Shown here: one piece after another, positions 55,114 to 62,804 of the stretch
Position numbering within the stretch: the first letter of the stretch is position 1
Layout of the letters: each line of letters begins with the position of its first letter
IMG/VR virus record: IMGVR_UViG_3300013800_000007
Span: 5,124 to 69,123 of that record
Strand: one strand, 5' to 3'
Length of the DNA: 64,000 bases
Origin: a virus
Taxonomy: Duplodnaviria > Caudoviricetes
The notes under the pieces: model-generated
Database searches by the model: none
Told to the model about the DNA's origin: nothing
The model's input: the letters and a program-made list of their open reading frames with translations, nothing else
Program-made: the position numbers and the translations under genes

Positions 55114-55601
55114 GAATTCATCCCAGCAAGCATCCTGAGCTTGTCAGCTCCCTCGCCGGTTTCAATGAGAGTATCGACCTCGGCCTGCGTTAGAATGCCA
55201 ATAGCAACAAGAGGTTTTGCATAATCCCTCACGATATTAACGCGACGCTCAAGAGCCACTCTCGCTCTGCGCTCAAGGTGAACATCCAATATCATCCTAG
55301 CGCGTGCCGACGGGCTGAGGGACTTCATGCTATTGATAGAAGCCTCAACATCTCCAAGCCAACTGGTTTGATCTTTGTATTTTTGCGAGCTTCGACTCGG
55401 AACCTGCGTGTGCTCCAGAGCGCTTAATACTTGACGTGCGCCCTCCGCTTCCGGCGAAACGGGTGTGGTGAAATACTGCAAGCCGCTCGAGGTCGCGCCG
55501 TACGCGCCTTCGCTTACCGGCCCGTTTGATGCATCTGAAATAGATGCCGCAATACCTCCGCCGAACAGTCCAAAGATACCGCGACGATTGATAATGCTCA
55601 T
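55110..55601 (-). CDS. hypothetical protein with twin-arginine-like N-terminus
   Basis: NRRGIFGLFGGGIAA. Confidence 0.6.
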   Translation of the reverse strand: MSIINRRGIFGLFGGGIAASISDASNGPVSEGAYGATSSGLQYFTTPVSPEAEGARQVLSALEHTQVPSRSSQKYKDQTSWLGDVEASINSMKSLSPSARARMILDVHLERRARVALERRVNIVRDYAKPLVAIGILTQAEVDTLIETGEGADKLRMLAGMNS

Positions 55602-56503
55602 GCTGCCTCCTGGATATCGATGTTCATTTTCTTGAGTAGCGATTTGTGGCGCGTCTCGAACCGCTTCGCCGCAGCCTTCGGCGTCATCTCTTTAATCTTG
55701 ATGTGCGCGATCCCGGCCGGCATGACGAAGTTGTTGAACGCATTCCACTTGTGACGCTTCGGACAGAGCTGCTCATACTCGATACGGAGAGCGATGAGAT
55801 CGGCACGCTTGACGACTTCCCATTGGCCGGTCGTGACGCGCGCAGGATTGACGCCCATGATCGGCAGCAGCACAAGATCGGCCTGGGACTCGATCTCCTG
55901 TGCGCGATAGGCAACGATCTGCTTGTATGGTGTGATGACATCACCGACGGCGATCTCATGCACATCGTGCAGAAGCGCGAGAAGTTGCGTTTCCATCGAC
56001 GCTCCGAGAATGCGAGCGATCTCTGACGTCAGCACAGAATGCTGACAAACAGAATACGCAAACTTCGTGGCGCCGTTGAAACGATTGATTTGCGAGAGCG
56101 TCTTGATGATATGACGCGGGCGCAGCGTCGAGAGATCGTGGCGGAACTTTGAGAAGTCGAAGGCGCTGCCGTCGATCAGCTGAGTCCATTGAGATCCTGA
56201 CGGGTCGAACTCGGTGCGCGTGTCGGCGACCGGTGAGAAGGTCCGCATCACCTTGGATCGCTGTTGATGGCGGAGGAGGGTGTCGATGGTCACCTCGGCG
56301 GCGCCCAGCTTGACCACGGTTGGTCGCGCGACCTCGGACACGTTGAAACGGTAGAATCCGTAGTCATCGACCTTCGGATTGCCGAGTAGTGGGTGGATCT
56401 GCTTTACGCGAGTGTGAAACTTTCGCAGCTCCTCATCACCGTCGGCGAAGACGGAGGAATACGGCGTGCCGCGATAGCGCTCGATTGGACCAACGTAGAT
56501 CAC
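55598..56503 (-). CDS. HD-domain 5'-deoxynucleotidase (YfbR-like) with N-terminal DUF4031-like domain
   Basis: INRFNG..YSVCQHSV..LLHDVHE..GDVITPYK..ADL. Confidence 0.85.
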   Translation of the reverse strand: MIYVGPIERYRGTPYSSVFADGDEELRKFHTRVKQIHPLLGNPKVDDYGFYRFNVSEVARPTVVKLGAAEVTIDTLLRHQQRSKVMRTFSPVADTRTEFDPSGSQWTQLIDGSAFDFSKFRHDLSTLRPRHIIKTLSQINRFNGATKFAYSVCQHSVLTSEIARILGASMETQLLALLHDVHEIAVGDVITPYKQIVAYRAQEIESQADLVLLPIMGVNPARVTTGQWEVVKRADLIALRIEYEQLCPKRHKWNAFNNFVMPAGIAHIKIKEMTPKAAAKRFETRHKSLLKKMNIDIQEAA

Positions 56504-56515
56504 GCCGTTTCTCCC

Positions 56516-56722
56516 TCACTTCGACAGATCGAACTCATACGTGCCGGCGATGTGCTCAGGCTCAGAGATCACGACCTCGCCCTTGAACACCGGATTAGGG
56601 TTATCGTCGTTGAACGCCTCGGCGCACGCCGTGGCGATCAGATCCGCGTCCCATTCCTTCGCCTGCTGCTCGGTGAGCTCGAGCGTCTGCTCGTCGCCGT
56701 TGATGCTGAAATTCACGTCCAT
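56516..56722 (-). CDS. hypothetical acidic protein
   Basis: AAGGAGG RBS. Confidence 0.7.
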   Translation of the reverse strand: MDVNFSINGDEQTLELTEQQAKEWDADLIATACAEAFNDDNPNPVFKGEVVISEPEHIAGTYEFDLSK

Positions 56723-56868
56723 GTCAGTCCTCCTTGTTGATGTTGTCGGTGTAGTATTCGATGGCCTCTGCTATGCGAACCGCTGCGAAGTAGATGCAAA
56801 AGCCCATAACTCCAGGACCAAGCAATAGCCCCCAGGCGATCTGATCAAGTGAGCTTGCGACTGTCATA

Positions 56869-57210
56869 TCAGCTGCTCAGCTTGATGTGATCGCCGATGC
56901 GGAACATCGCGACCTGGAGGCGTGTGCGCGTCACGCCCGTCTTCGCCTCGACCTCAGCCTTGAGGAAGTATTCCTGGCTGATCGCACTTGCGATGTCCGT
57001 CAGGAGCCGCACCTCAGTCGCGCGGGCGAGCATCGCTTTTTGCTTCGGCGTCTTGACGATGCCGTCGTGCGGGATGTCGATCTCGGCGGTGTAAACCTTG
57101 AGGTCGTCAATCAATCCGACAAAAAAGCCAGCGGCGACGAGCCGCTGCTGCTGACTCTTTGTCAGAATGCCCTCGAGTATCTCGAGCTTCTCCTGCGGCA
57201 TTGACTTCAT
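56869..57210 (-). CDS. hypothetical protein
   Basis: GGAG RBS. Confidence 0.6.
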   Translation of the reverse strand: MKSMPQEKLEILEGILTKSQQQRLVAAGFFVGLIDDLKVYTAEIDIPHDGIVKTPKQKAMLARATEVRLLTDIASAISQEYFLKAEVEAKTGVTRTRLQVAMFRIGDHIKLSS

Positions 57211-57550
57211 TGGTCTTCTCCCTCTCGAGCAAGTATCCGTGACCGCGCACGTTCGTGATTTGGTAGCCAGTGCCGACCAGGGCGGCGCGAGCCTTGTGAA
57301 TTGTCACATTGATGTTCGACTTCATGTTCTGCGAGTCGATGTCGCGAAAGACGCTCTCAAAGCCTTCTGTAGGCACGAACGTCCGTTTCGTAAGCAGACA
57401 AAGAACCTCGGCGACACGCCCAGCAGCTGGAACACGACGATCACCAATGACGATCTCATTTGCGACCATGTCCACTGTCATCTCGCCGAATGGCTCCGAC
57501 CGGCGTATGGACTCACAGCACTTGCAGCGTTCAACAACTACCGTCGACAT
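57107..57550 (-). CDS. stand-alone OmpR/PhoB-type winged-helix DNA-binding protein (no receiver domain)
   Basis: GEMTVD...INVTIHKARAAL...ITNVRGHGYLL. Confidence 0.8.
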   Translation of the reverse strand: MSTVVVERCKCCESIRRSEPFGEMTVDMVANEIVIGDRRVPAAGRVAEVLCLLTKRTFVPTEGFESVFRDIDSQNMKSNINVTIHKARAALVGTGYQITNVRGHGYLLEREKTNEVNAAGEARDTRGHSDKESAAAARRRWLFCRID

Positions 57551-57565
57551 GCGAATCCTCCCTCT

Positions 57566-57853
57566 TTAGACGCTCCAGTCATCGGTCCATGTGAAGTGAC
57601 CACGTGGACGCTTAGGCGTGCTGACAACCTGGTTGCCGGCAATCACCGTGTTCGAGAAGTCCTCGACGACGAGCTCGCCCTTGATGATGCGATGCGACTC
57701 GACGCGACCCTCTGACGTCACAACGATAACCGCACCGCCGATGCGGAGGATGTCGTTGCGGAGATCCGCCAGATACGCAGACTTGCCTCCACCGCGATGA
57801 GGCCGCGAGAACGGCCTCACCCGAATACCTGGAAATGCGACGATGTTCTCCAT
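57566..57853 (-). CDS. hypothetical protein
   Basis: Coupled to the upstream stop (TGATG). Confidence 0.55.
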   Translation of the reverse strand: MENIVAFPGIRVRPFSRPHRGGGKSAYLADLRNDILRIGGAVIVVTSEGRVESHRIIKGELVVEDFSNTVIAGNQVVSTPKRPRGHFTWTDDWSV

Positions 57854-58296
57854 CAGAAGCGCTTCCGGTTTTTGCTCTTGTCGCGCTTCGGAACGTCGCC
57901 GCGCTTGGCGTTGTAGGCCAACTTCTCGATGATGACCTTGCCGACGTCGATGTTCATGTGGCCAGCGAGATCGAACAGCCGAATGATCGCGTCGCAGATC
58001 TCGACGTCGAACATCTTGTGATGTGGCAACTTGTCGTCCATGAGGTCCTTGCGGAAACCCTCCATTGCCTCCGCAATCTCACTGACGACAAGCATGAGGA
58101 GCGTGCCTGTGTCGCGCGGAAGGTCCCACCAGCCGTTTTCTTTGGCTGCGGTGTGGACGCGGTTGCGGAAGCGCAAGAGGTGTGCAGCGTGGGAGTTGTC
58201 GACCGCCGCCAACATCTCTTCGCGAGACATGCGGGCCGCGCACTCAATCTTTCGACGCTTGCTTGGCGCCGCCTTTTTCTTTGCCTTGCGAGCCAT
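57853..58296 (-). CDS. MazG-like nucleotide pyrophosphohydrolase
   Basis: LVVSEIAEAMEGFRK..VEICDAIIRLFDLAG..K..YN..R. Confidence 0.85.
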   Translation of the reverse strand: MARKAKKKAAPSKRRKIECAARMSREEMLAAVDNSHAAHLLRFRNRVHTAAKENGWWDLPRDTGTLLMLVVSEIAEAMEGFRKDLMDDKLPHHKMFDVEICDAIIRLFDLAGHMNIDVGKVIIEKLAYNAKRGDVPKRDKSKNRKRF

Positions 58297-58871
58297 CACC
58301 GGACCCCCATCGAGGCCGCGGCATTGCGGGCGGCGTCGCGCCACGTCGCAAGCTTCTTCATTGCGTCCTGGACGGCGCGCGCCTGGTTCTTGGCGTCGTC
58401 GAGCGCGTTGTGGTGCGTGCCCTTCGCGCGGTAGGCCTTCATGTCGATGCCGGCGATCTCGTAGATCGTGCGCGTGTCACGATAGTCCCAGAACTTGATC
58501 GGGTTGCGGATGCCATACGCCGCCATTGCGTTATCAATAATAACGCAGTCAAAGCTGGATCCGTGAGCCCACAGCCTAGACGCTCCGTTCGATTGCAACC
58601 ATCCGACGAGAGCGCCAAGCGCCTGGTCAGCCGGGATGGCGTTCTCACACGCCAAGGCCTTGCGCGCTTCTACTGACTGCTGCTGCCACCACGCTGCTGT
58701 TCCAGGGCAGAAATGAAGACCCTTGTCGTCCTGGCCGTCGCGCTTAACGGTGCAGTAGAACTCAGGGCCGAGCTTGGAGCCGCCAAACATCACCGCACCG
58801 ATCGAGACGATGGCCGCATTACTGCGAGCGCTGTGTGTCTCTAGGTCAATCATGGCATCTTTCATTGTCAC
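58296..58871 (-). CDS. DEDDh 3'-5' exonuclease / exoribonuclease (Rv2179c-like)
   Basis: MIDLET..IVSIGAV..WAHGSSFD..RDTRT..HNALDDA. Confidence 0.88.
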   Translation of the reverse strand: MTMKDAMIDLETHSARSNAAIVSIGAVMFGGSKLGPEFYCTVKRDGQDDKGLHFCPGTAAWWQQQSVEARKALACENAIPADQALGALVGWLQSNGASRLWAHGSSFDCVIIDNAMAAYGIRNPIKFWDYRDTRTIYEIAGIDMKAYRAKGTHHNALDDAKNQARAVQDAMKKLATWRDAARNAAASMGVR

Positions 58872-58914
58872 CCTCCGTGTTGTGAATTCTCAACGCCTCA
58901 CGCTCGTTAAGGTA

Positions 58915-58943
58915 ACCATACGATTCGCATGGTCTTTTGTCAA
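58915..58943 (-). promoter_or_regulatory. sigma70-type promoter overlapping a 20-bp palindrome
   Basis: TTGACA-17 bp-TATGGT; TGTCAACATTAATGTTGACA at 58938-58957. Confidence 0.7.
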
Positions 58944-58959
58944 CATTAATGTTGACAGA

Positions 58960-59184
58960 TTAACCCTTCATGCGCTTGGAGAAGCGAGCAAGCTTCTCCT
59001 CGAGGTCGGGGGAGAGTGGTTTTTTCGGAGCAGCTGCCGCGACCATCTCAGGAGTCCACTGCTGCTCGTATTGAGCGCGAAACTCCTCGCGAGTCATCTT
59101 TGCGATGCTTTCGTATTTCTCCAGGAGCGCATCGATCTCCGGTGTTGAGAAGTCGACGACTCCGCCGCTGGTCCAGAGGAGCAT
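58960..59184 (-). CDS. hypothetical protein
   Basis: TGATG coupling; MLLWTSGG... Confidence 0.55.
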   Translation of the reverse strand: MLLWTSGGVVDFSTPEIDALLEKYESIAKMTREEFRAQYEQQWTPEMVAAAAPKKPLSPDLEEKLARFSKRMKG

Positions 59185-59357
59185 CAAGACTTCTCCGTGT
59201 AGAGCTCGATCGCTCCGATGATGGCCCAAAGCGCGCTAAACACCGACAGGCCAGGCAAGTAGCTGCCTTGCCGAAGACCGAAGGTCGCGCCGCTCATGAT
59301 GGCGAGAGCAAACACGCCGAAAGCGCGCGAGCGCTGTGATTTGTCGAATACCCTCAT
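59184..59357 (-). CDS. small 2-TM membrane protein (not in ORF track)
   Basis: MRVFDKSQRSRAFGVFALAIMSGATFG...LSVFSALWAIIGAIELY; coupled at both ends. Confidence 0.55.
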   Translation of the reverse strand: MRVFDKSQRSRAFGVFALAIMSGATFGLRQGSYLPGLSVFSALWAIIGAIELYTEKS

Positions 59358-59692
59358 CAACCCCTCCCATCCATGCGCCGGCCGGTGTTCAGCTCGATTT
59401 GAACCGCGCGATCGTCCCAGAGCTCGATCATACCGAAGTCCTTCACGTTGGTAACTTCAAGCGCTGGGAGTCCGTGCTGAGCGCACCATTCGTGAATGTG
59501 TTTCGTGACGATCTCCGCATCGCGGCAGACTCGAGCGGTAAAGATCTTTACCGTCTTTCCTTCCTCGAGCCAAATCTTGACGCGCGACAGCATGGGCTGA
59601 ATCGGATCACCGATGTGTTCGATCCCGACCCAGCCATAGTATTGAGCGAGCGTGCCGTCCAGGTCAACGCCAATCCAACCGTTCTTACTCAT
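59357..59692 (-). CDS. HAD-superfamily phosphatase-like protein
   Basis: IGVDLDGTLA, IFTAR, WDDRAV. Confidence 0.8.
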   Translation of the reverse strand: MSKNGWIGVDLDGTLAQYYGWVGIEHIGDPIQPMLSRVKIWLEEGKTVKIFTARVCRDAEIVTKHIHEWCAQHGLPALEVTNVKDFGMIELWDDRAVQIELNTGRRMDGRG

Positions 59693-60066
59693 GCCCTCTT
59701 TCCTTTCAGCTGTGGCTTATTGACAAGCCGCTTCATCGCCGCGACCTGCGCGGGATTCTCTTTGCGCCACCGGCGCCACGACTCATGTCGAAGCTTGTGG
59801 CGGATCCAGGCGCGAACGTCGGGCTTTGCTTTGTATGATTTGCGGCGGCGCTGGACACAGCTTTTGCAGCGCGAGCCGCGAGACGTACTGTATAGGTGGT
59901 GTCCGCAAAAGTAGAGCTTACACCCACCATCCTTGTGAATGTCGCCGCACAAGAATGCGAGCCCGCGATCGATCTCTCGACGGCACTTTGGGTGCTCACA
60001 AATGCACGGCACGCCGTAACCGATGTCGCGGTCGCGCTCATGGTCGTAGCCGATTGACCAGCTCAT
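59689..60066 (-). CDS. conserved phage Cys-rich protein
   Basis: MSWSIGYD..RDIGYGVPCICEHPKC..IDRGLA..CG. Confidence 0.7.
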   Translation of the reverse strand: MSWSIGYDHERDRDIGYGVPCICEHPKCRREIDRGLAFLCGDIHKDGGCKLYFCGHHLYSTSRGSRCKSCVQRRRKSYKAKPDVRAWIRHKLRHESWRRWRKENPAQVAAMKRLVNKPQLKGKRA

Positions 60067-60329
60067 TAGAGTCCAGTCCTCCTGATGTAGTAATGATCGC
60101 TGTAGCCGCACGGCCCACACGAGTGGGCAAATGGTATGTCGAGGCCGGCAACCGTGACGTTGGCTGCGCCCCACCCGTTACGCATGATCTCGAGTCCGGT
60201 GATCAGCATCTCGTCACCGTCCATCGTCATCTGTTTGATACCCTCGCTCACGTTGCGGAGGAGTGGAAAGTTGGGATTGCCGTATGGCTTGCCGTTGATG
60301 GTGATGCCGGTGCGTTCAGAGTCGATCAT
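60066..60329 (-). CDS. hypothetical protein
   Basis: Coupled to neighbours. Confidence 0.5.
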   Translation of the reverse strand: MIDSERTGITINGKPYGNPNFPLLRNVSEGIKQMTMDGDEMLITGLEIMRNGWGAANVTVAGLDIPFAHSCGPCGYSDHYYIRRTGL

Positions 60330-60723
60330 GTGTGGCGCCTACTATTATGGCTTTTGCTAGGGCAACCAGGTCGCTATCCGAAAATTCCGACCTTGCCGCA
60401 TTGAAGTGCCAGCAGACGAGCCGACAGTTTCTTGGTGTGTAGCCAAGGTTGACGTTCTTACGATCTATTGAGGGGGCCGCCCTGTTTTTACTTCCAATGC
60501 ATTCCAAATCAAATTTTATACCAGTAACCTCACACACACCTTTTTCAATTCTTTTCTGTATCCACTTGAGTGTAATCGAGAACTGAATGCCCTTTAGTGC
60601 AGCCCTAGACTTGGCGCGCTGCCATATTGTTTTTGCTCTACCGTATGGCTGCGATCTGTATTTTCTTGATGCACATTTTTGCCCGTCCGCCGCCTTTCTT
60701 TTCTCTCTTTTGGCGCTAGCCAT
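60316..60723 (-). CDS. HNH-like endonuclease, catalytic part
   Basis: AKSRA..CEVTGIKF..APSIDRKNVNLGYTPRNCRLVCWHFN; AAGGAG RBS. Confidence 0.75.
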   Translation of the reverse strand: MASAKREKRKAADGQKCASRKYRSQPYGRAKTIWQRAKSRAALKGIQFSITLKWIQKRIEKGVCEVTGIKFDLECIGSKNRAAPSIDRKNVNLGYTPRNCRLVCWHFNAARSEFSDSDLVALAKAIIVGATHDRL

Positions 60724-60932
60724 GTCAACGGCTCCTTAAAATTCAGCTTCTCCCTTCGGCGCGACCGTCGAGTGGCAGCTTCCATTTTTTTTAATATATC
60801 ATTGGGTATTGGCCCATTGATGGTACAGCATTCATTGCATCTCGACCTCAATCCATCTTTCGATGTGTTGTGCGCTCTGTATTGTTTCACATCCACATCT
60901 TTTCGACATGATGAGCATTTTTTCGTTACCAT
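60594..60932 (-). CDS. Zn-finger N-terminal part of an HNH-like endonuclease (separate frame)
   Basis: CSSCRK..KDGLRSRCNEC. Confidence 0.5.
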   Translation of the reverse strand: MVTKKCSSCRKDVDVKQYRAHNTSKDGLRSRCNECCTINGPIPNDILKKMEAATRRSRRREKLNFKEPLTWLAPKERKERRRTGKNVHQENTDRSHTVEQKQYGSAPSLGLH

Positions 60933-61405
60933 CTTCTTTTTGCCCCCATGTCTAGGTGGAACAACCCACACCCTCGACCACGGCAGTAGTGCGCGAAGCC
61001 ACCAGGCCACCCAACGAGATGACGAGCAGCCGCGCGCCAGTTGCCGATAATGCGAAAGTCGACCGCGAGAGACCGCGATCCGCCGCGATAGTGATAAGAT
61101 CCCCGGACATGCTTGCCCGTGCAGATGCTCGTGATAACCACACGCCCGAACGCTCCGGCCTGACGGAGTCCGTCCTGTAGGTTAGCGTGCAACGGGGCAC
61201 AGTCGCGCCCGCTCTGGGTGTGTTTGCGGTGAGCCTCGGCCGGCACAGATAGCAGGCACAGCAGACCCAGCGCGATGCAAGTGAAGCGCACGTCTATGCT
61301 GCGCTGTAGGAGGCGATCCCGACGCTTTTGCCACTTGAGCATGCGAGCGTCGGCGATCATCGCCATGAAGTACCAGAAGGCCTTGCGGGTGTGGGGGAAG
61401 CTCAT
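60926..61405 (-). CDS. peptidase M15-like (Zn D-Ala-D-Ala type) protein with signal/anchor segment
   Basis: VVITS..SYHY..LAVDF..FHLDMG; hydrophobic FTCIALGLLCLLSVPAEA. Confidence 0.7.
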   Translation of the reverse strand: MSFPHTRKAFWYFMAMIADARMLKWQKRRDRLLQRSIDVRFTCIALGLLCLLSVPAEAHRKHTQSGRDCAPLHANLQDGLRQAGAFGRVVITSICTGKHVRGSYHYRGGSRSLAVDFRIIGNWRAAARHLVGWPGGFAHYCRGRGCGLFHLDMGAKRRW

Positions 61406-61640
61406 GCTGCAGTCCTTTCCTCTCCGGCGACGAGCGGCAAGAATGGCCCAGCCAGACGGTCGACTTCGCGGCGGAGTTGCTCTTTCAGCGGGTGTTCAGG
61501 CCAGCGCTCAAGATCGATCTGCGCCGCGAGCTCGGAAGCCCTGGACACACACTCGGCCCAGGTCGGATAGATCTCGGCGAGCAGTAGCCGGTAGGCTATG
61601 CCGATAGTCACGACGGTGTGTTGTGCGATGGTGAGTTCGG

Positions 61641-61916
61641 TCACTTCGCTTTCCCCTTCATCTTGTGCCACCGCCGAATGATCATGTTCTTGGTGATCTT
61701 CTTGCCGGTGGTCTCTGATAGGTCTGCCGCGATCATCGAGGTCGATCGCAGCCGGTAGTTCTTGCGGATGTAGGCCTCCATCTCCTCCGTCCACTCGAGT
61801 CCGGGCGGGGGAGCGAAGCGTTGGCGAACGCGATGCACGACTTTGCGGATGTCCTTGCCGCGATAGATCGCGCTGCCGTGTGGTCCGCGCACAACGATGA
61901 TGTAGGGCGCTGTCAT
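61641..61916 (-). CDS. protein with GcrA-like N-terminal HTH domain
   Basis: WTEEMEAYIRKNY..STSMIAADL..ITKNMIIRRWHKM matches GcrA WTDERV..L..S.SQIA..L..VTRNAVIGKVHRL. Confidence 0.75.
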   Translation of the reverse strand: MTAPYIIVVRGPHGSAIYRGKDIRKVVHRVRQRFAPPPGLEWTEEMEAYIRKNYRLRSTSMIAADLSETTGKKITKNMIIRRWHKMKGKAK

Positions 61917-62200
61917 TTCACGAGGTCATCCCACCAGACGCGAGACACAAAGGTGGCGTTGATGCTCTCTGAGAGCTTCCCAGCGCGGTAGATGTCGTAC
62001 CAAACGACGGTGATGTCGTCCCGGCGCTCGATGCGCTCGATGCTGTCCTGGCCAACGTTGTGCCAGATGAGAATCGGCGTCTCGGTGCGGATGGCCTTGA
62101 TGCGGCGGTTCTGGTCCCCCGGCTTGCCCATGGTAACATTCAGCTTGAGCGTTTCGCGCTTTCTTACGTCTGGCCTTGCCGTAGCTTCGGTGTCCGACAT
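61913..62200 (-). CDS. hypothetical protein
   Basis: GGAGG RBS; first gene after the 62236-62264 promoter. Confidence 0.6.
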   Translation of the reverse strand: MSDTEATARPDVRKRETLKLNVTMGKPGDQNRRIKAIRTETPILIWHNVGQDSIERIERRDDITVVWYDIYRAGKLSESINATFVSRVWWDDLVK

Positions 62201-62235
62201 GCAACTCACCTCCGTCTGGTTACGAATGACGTGTC

Positions 62236-62264
62236 ATTATTCACTATGTGTGGTCAGTTGTCAA
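62236..62264 (-). promoter_or_regulatory. putative sigma70-type promoter
   Basis: TTGACA-17 bp-AATAAT. Confidence 0.5.
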
Positions 62265-62274
62265 TGTGACCGGG

Positions 62275-62451
62275 TCATGACCGCTTCTCCCCCTTCGCGC
62301 TGGGTGCGTCCGGAAACCGGATCTGCTTGTGATAGCTCGCCGACGGGCCCACAGCGTCGAGATGGACGCGGAGGAGGTAGCCGACACAGAGGGCACAGAC
62401 GACCGCGGTGAGCAGGCCCAGCGCCCCGATGATGAGGTTGGTGGGGGTCAA
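62275..62451 (-). CDS. small membrane protein (not in ORF track)
   Basis: TTG overlapping the upstream stop; LTPTNLIIGALGLLTAVVCALCVGYLL. Confidence 0.5.
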   Translation of the reverse strand: MTPTNLIIGALGLLTAVVCALCVGYLLRVHLDAVGPSASYHKQIRFPDAPSAKGEKRS

Positions 62452-62804
62452 GCGGCGGCCTCGCGGAGCTTGGCGATGCCGGCGTCGGTGATGGAGAGCT
62501 CGGTGGTTGCTCTGCCTCTCGTCTTGACGGCGCTCTCCGTGATAAACCCACTCGCAAGCAGCTCAGCAACGGCGGGCGCTATCTTGGAGTTAGCACAGCC
62601 GATCCACCCGCGAATTTCAGAGCGTCTGCAATTTCCACCCTCAAGCAGACGAAGAATCTTGGTGGGGGTGACATCCCTTGATTCGGCTCGACGTCGTGCC
62701 TTGCGCTTTACCGCCTCATCCTTGAGGGCGCGTGCCACCGCCAGCAGCAATGCATCAACGAACGTGGATGAGAGGGGGAGGGTGCGAAGTCTTTGTCCGT
62801 TCAT
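62448..62804 (-). CDS. winged-helix protein paralogous to the primase C-terminal domain
   Basis: RRSEIRGWIGCANSKIAPAVAELLASG...KTRGRATTEL. Confidence 0.8.
   Translation of the reverse strand: MNGQRLRTLPLSSTFVDALLLAVARALKDEAVKRKARRRAESRDVTPTKILRLLEGGNCRRSEIRGWIGCANSKIAPAVAELLASGFITESAVKTRGRATTELSITDAGIAKLREAAA

Noticed and set aside
57566-57853. GGGKS as a P-loop NTPase
   Set aside because: The protein is only 95 aa, with no preceding beta-strand context or Walker B.
55598-58296. HD + MazG pair as a 2-aminoadenine (Z-genome) pathway
   Set aside because: No PurZ/adenylosuccinate synthetase-like gene and no phage DNA polymerase recognised in the window.
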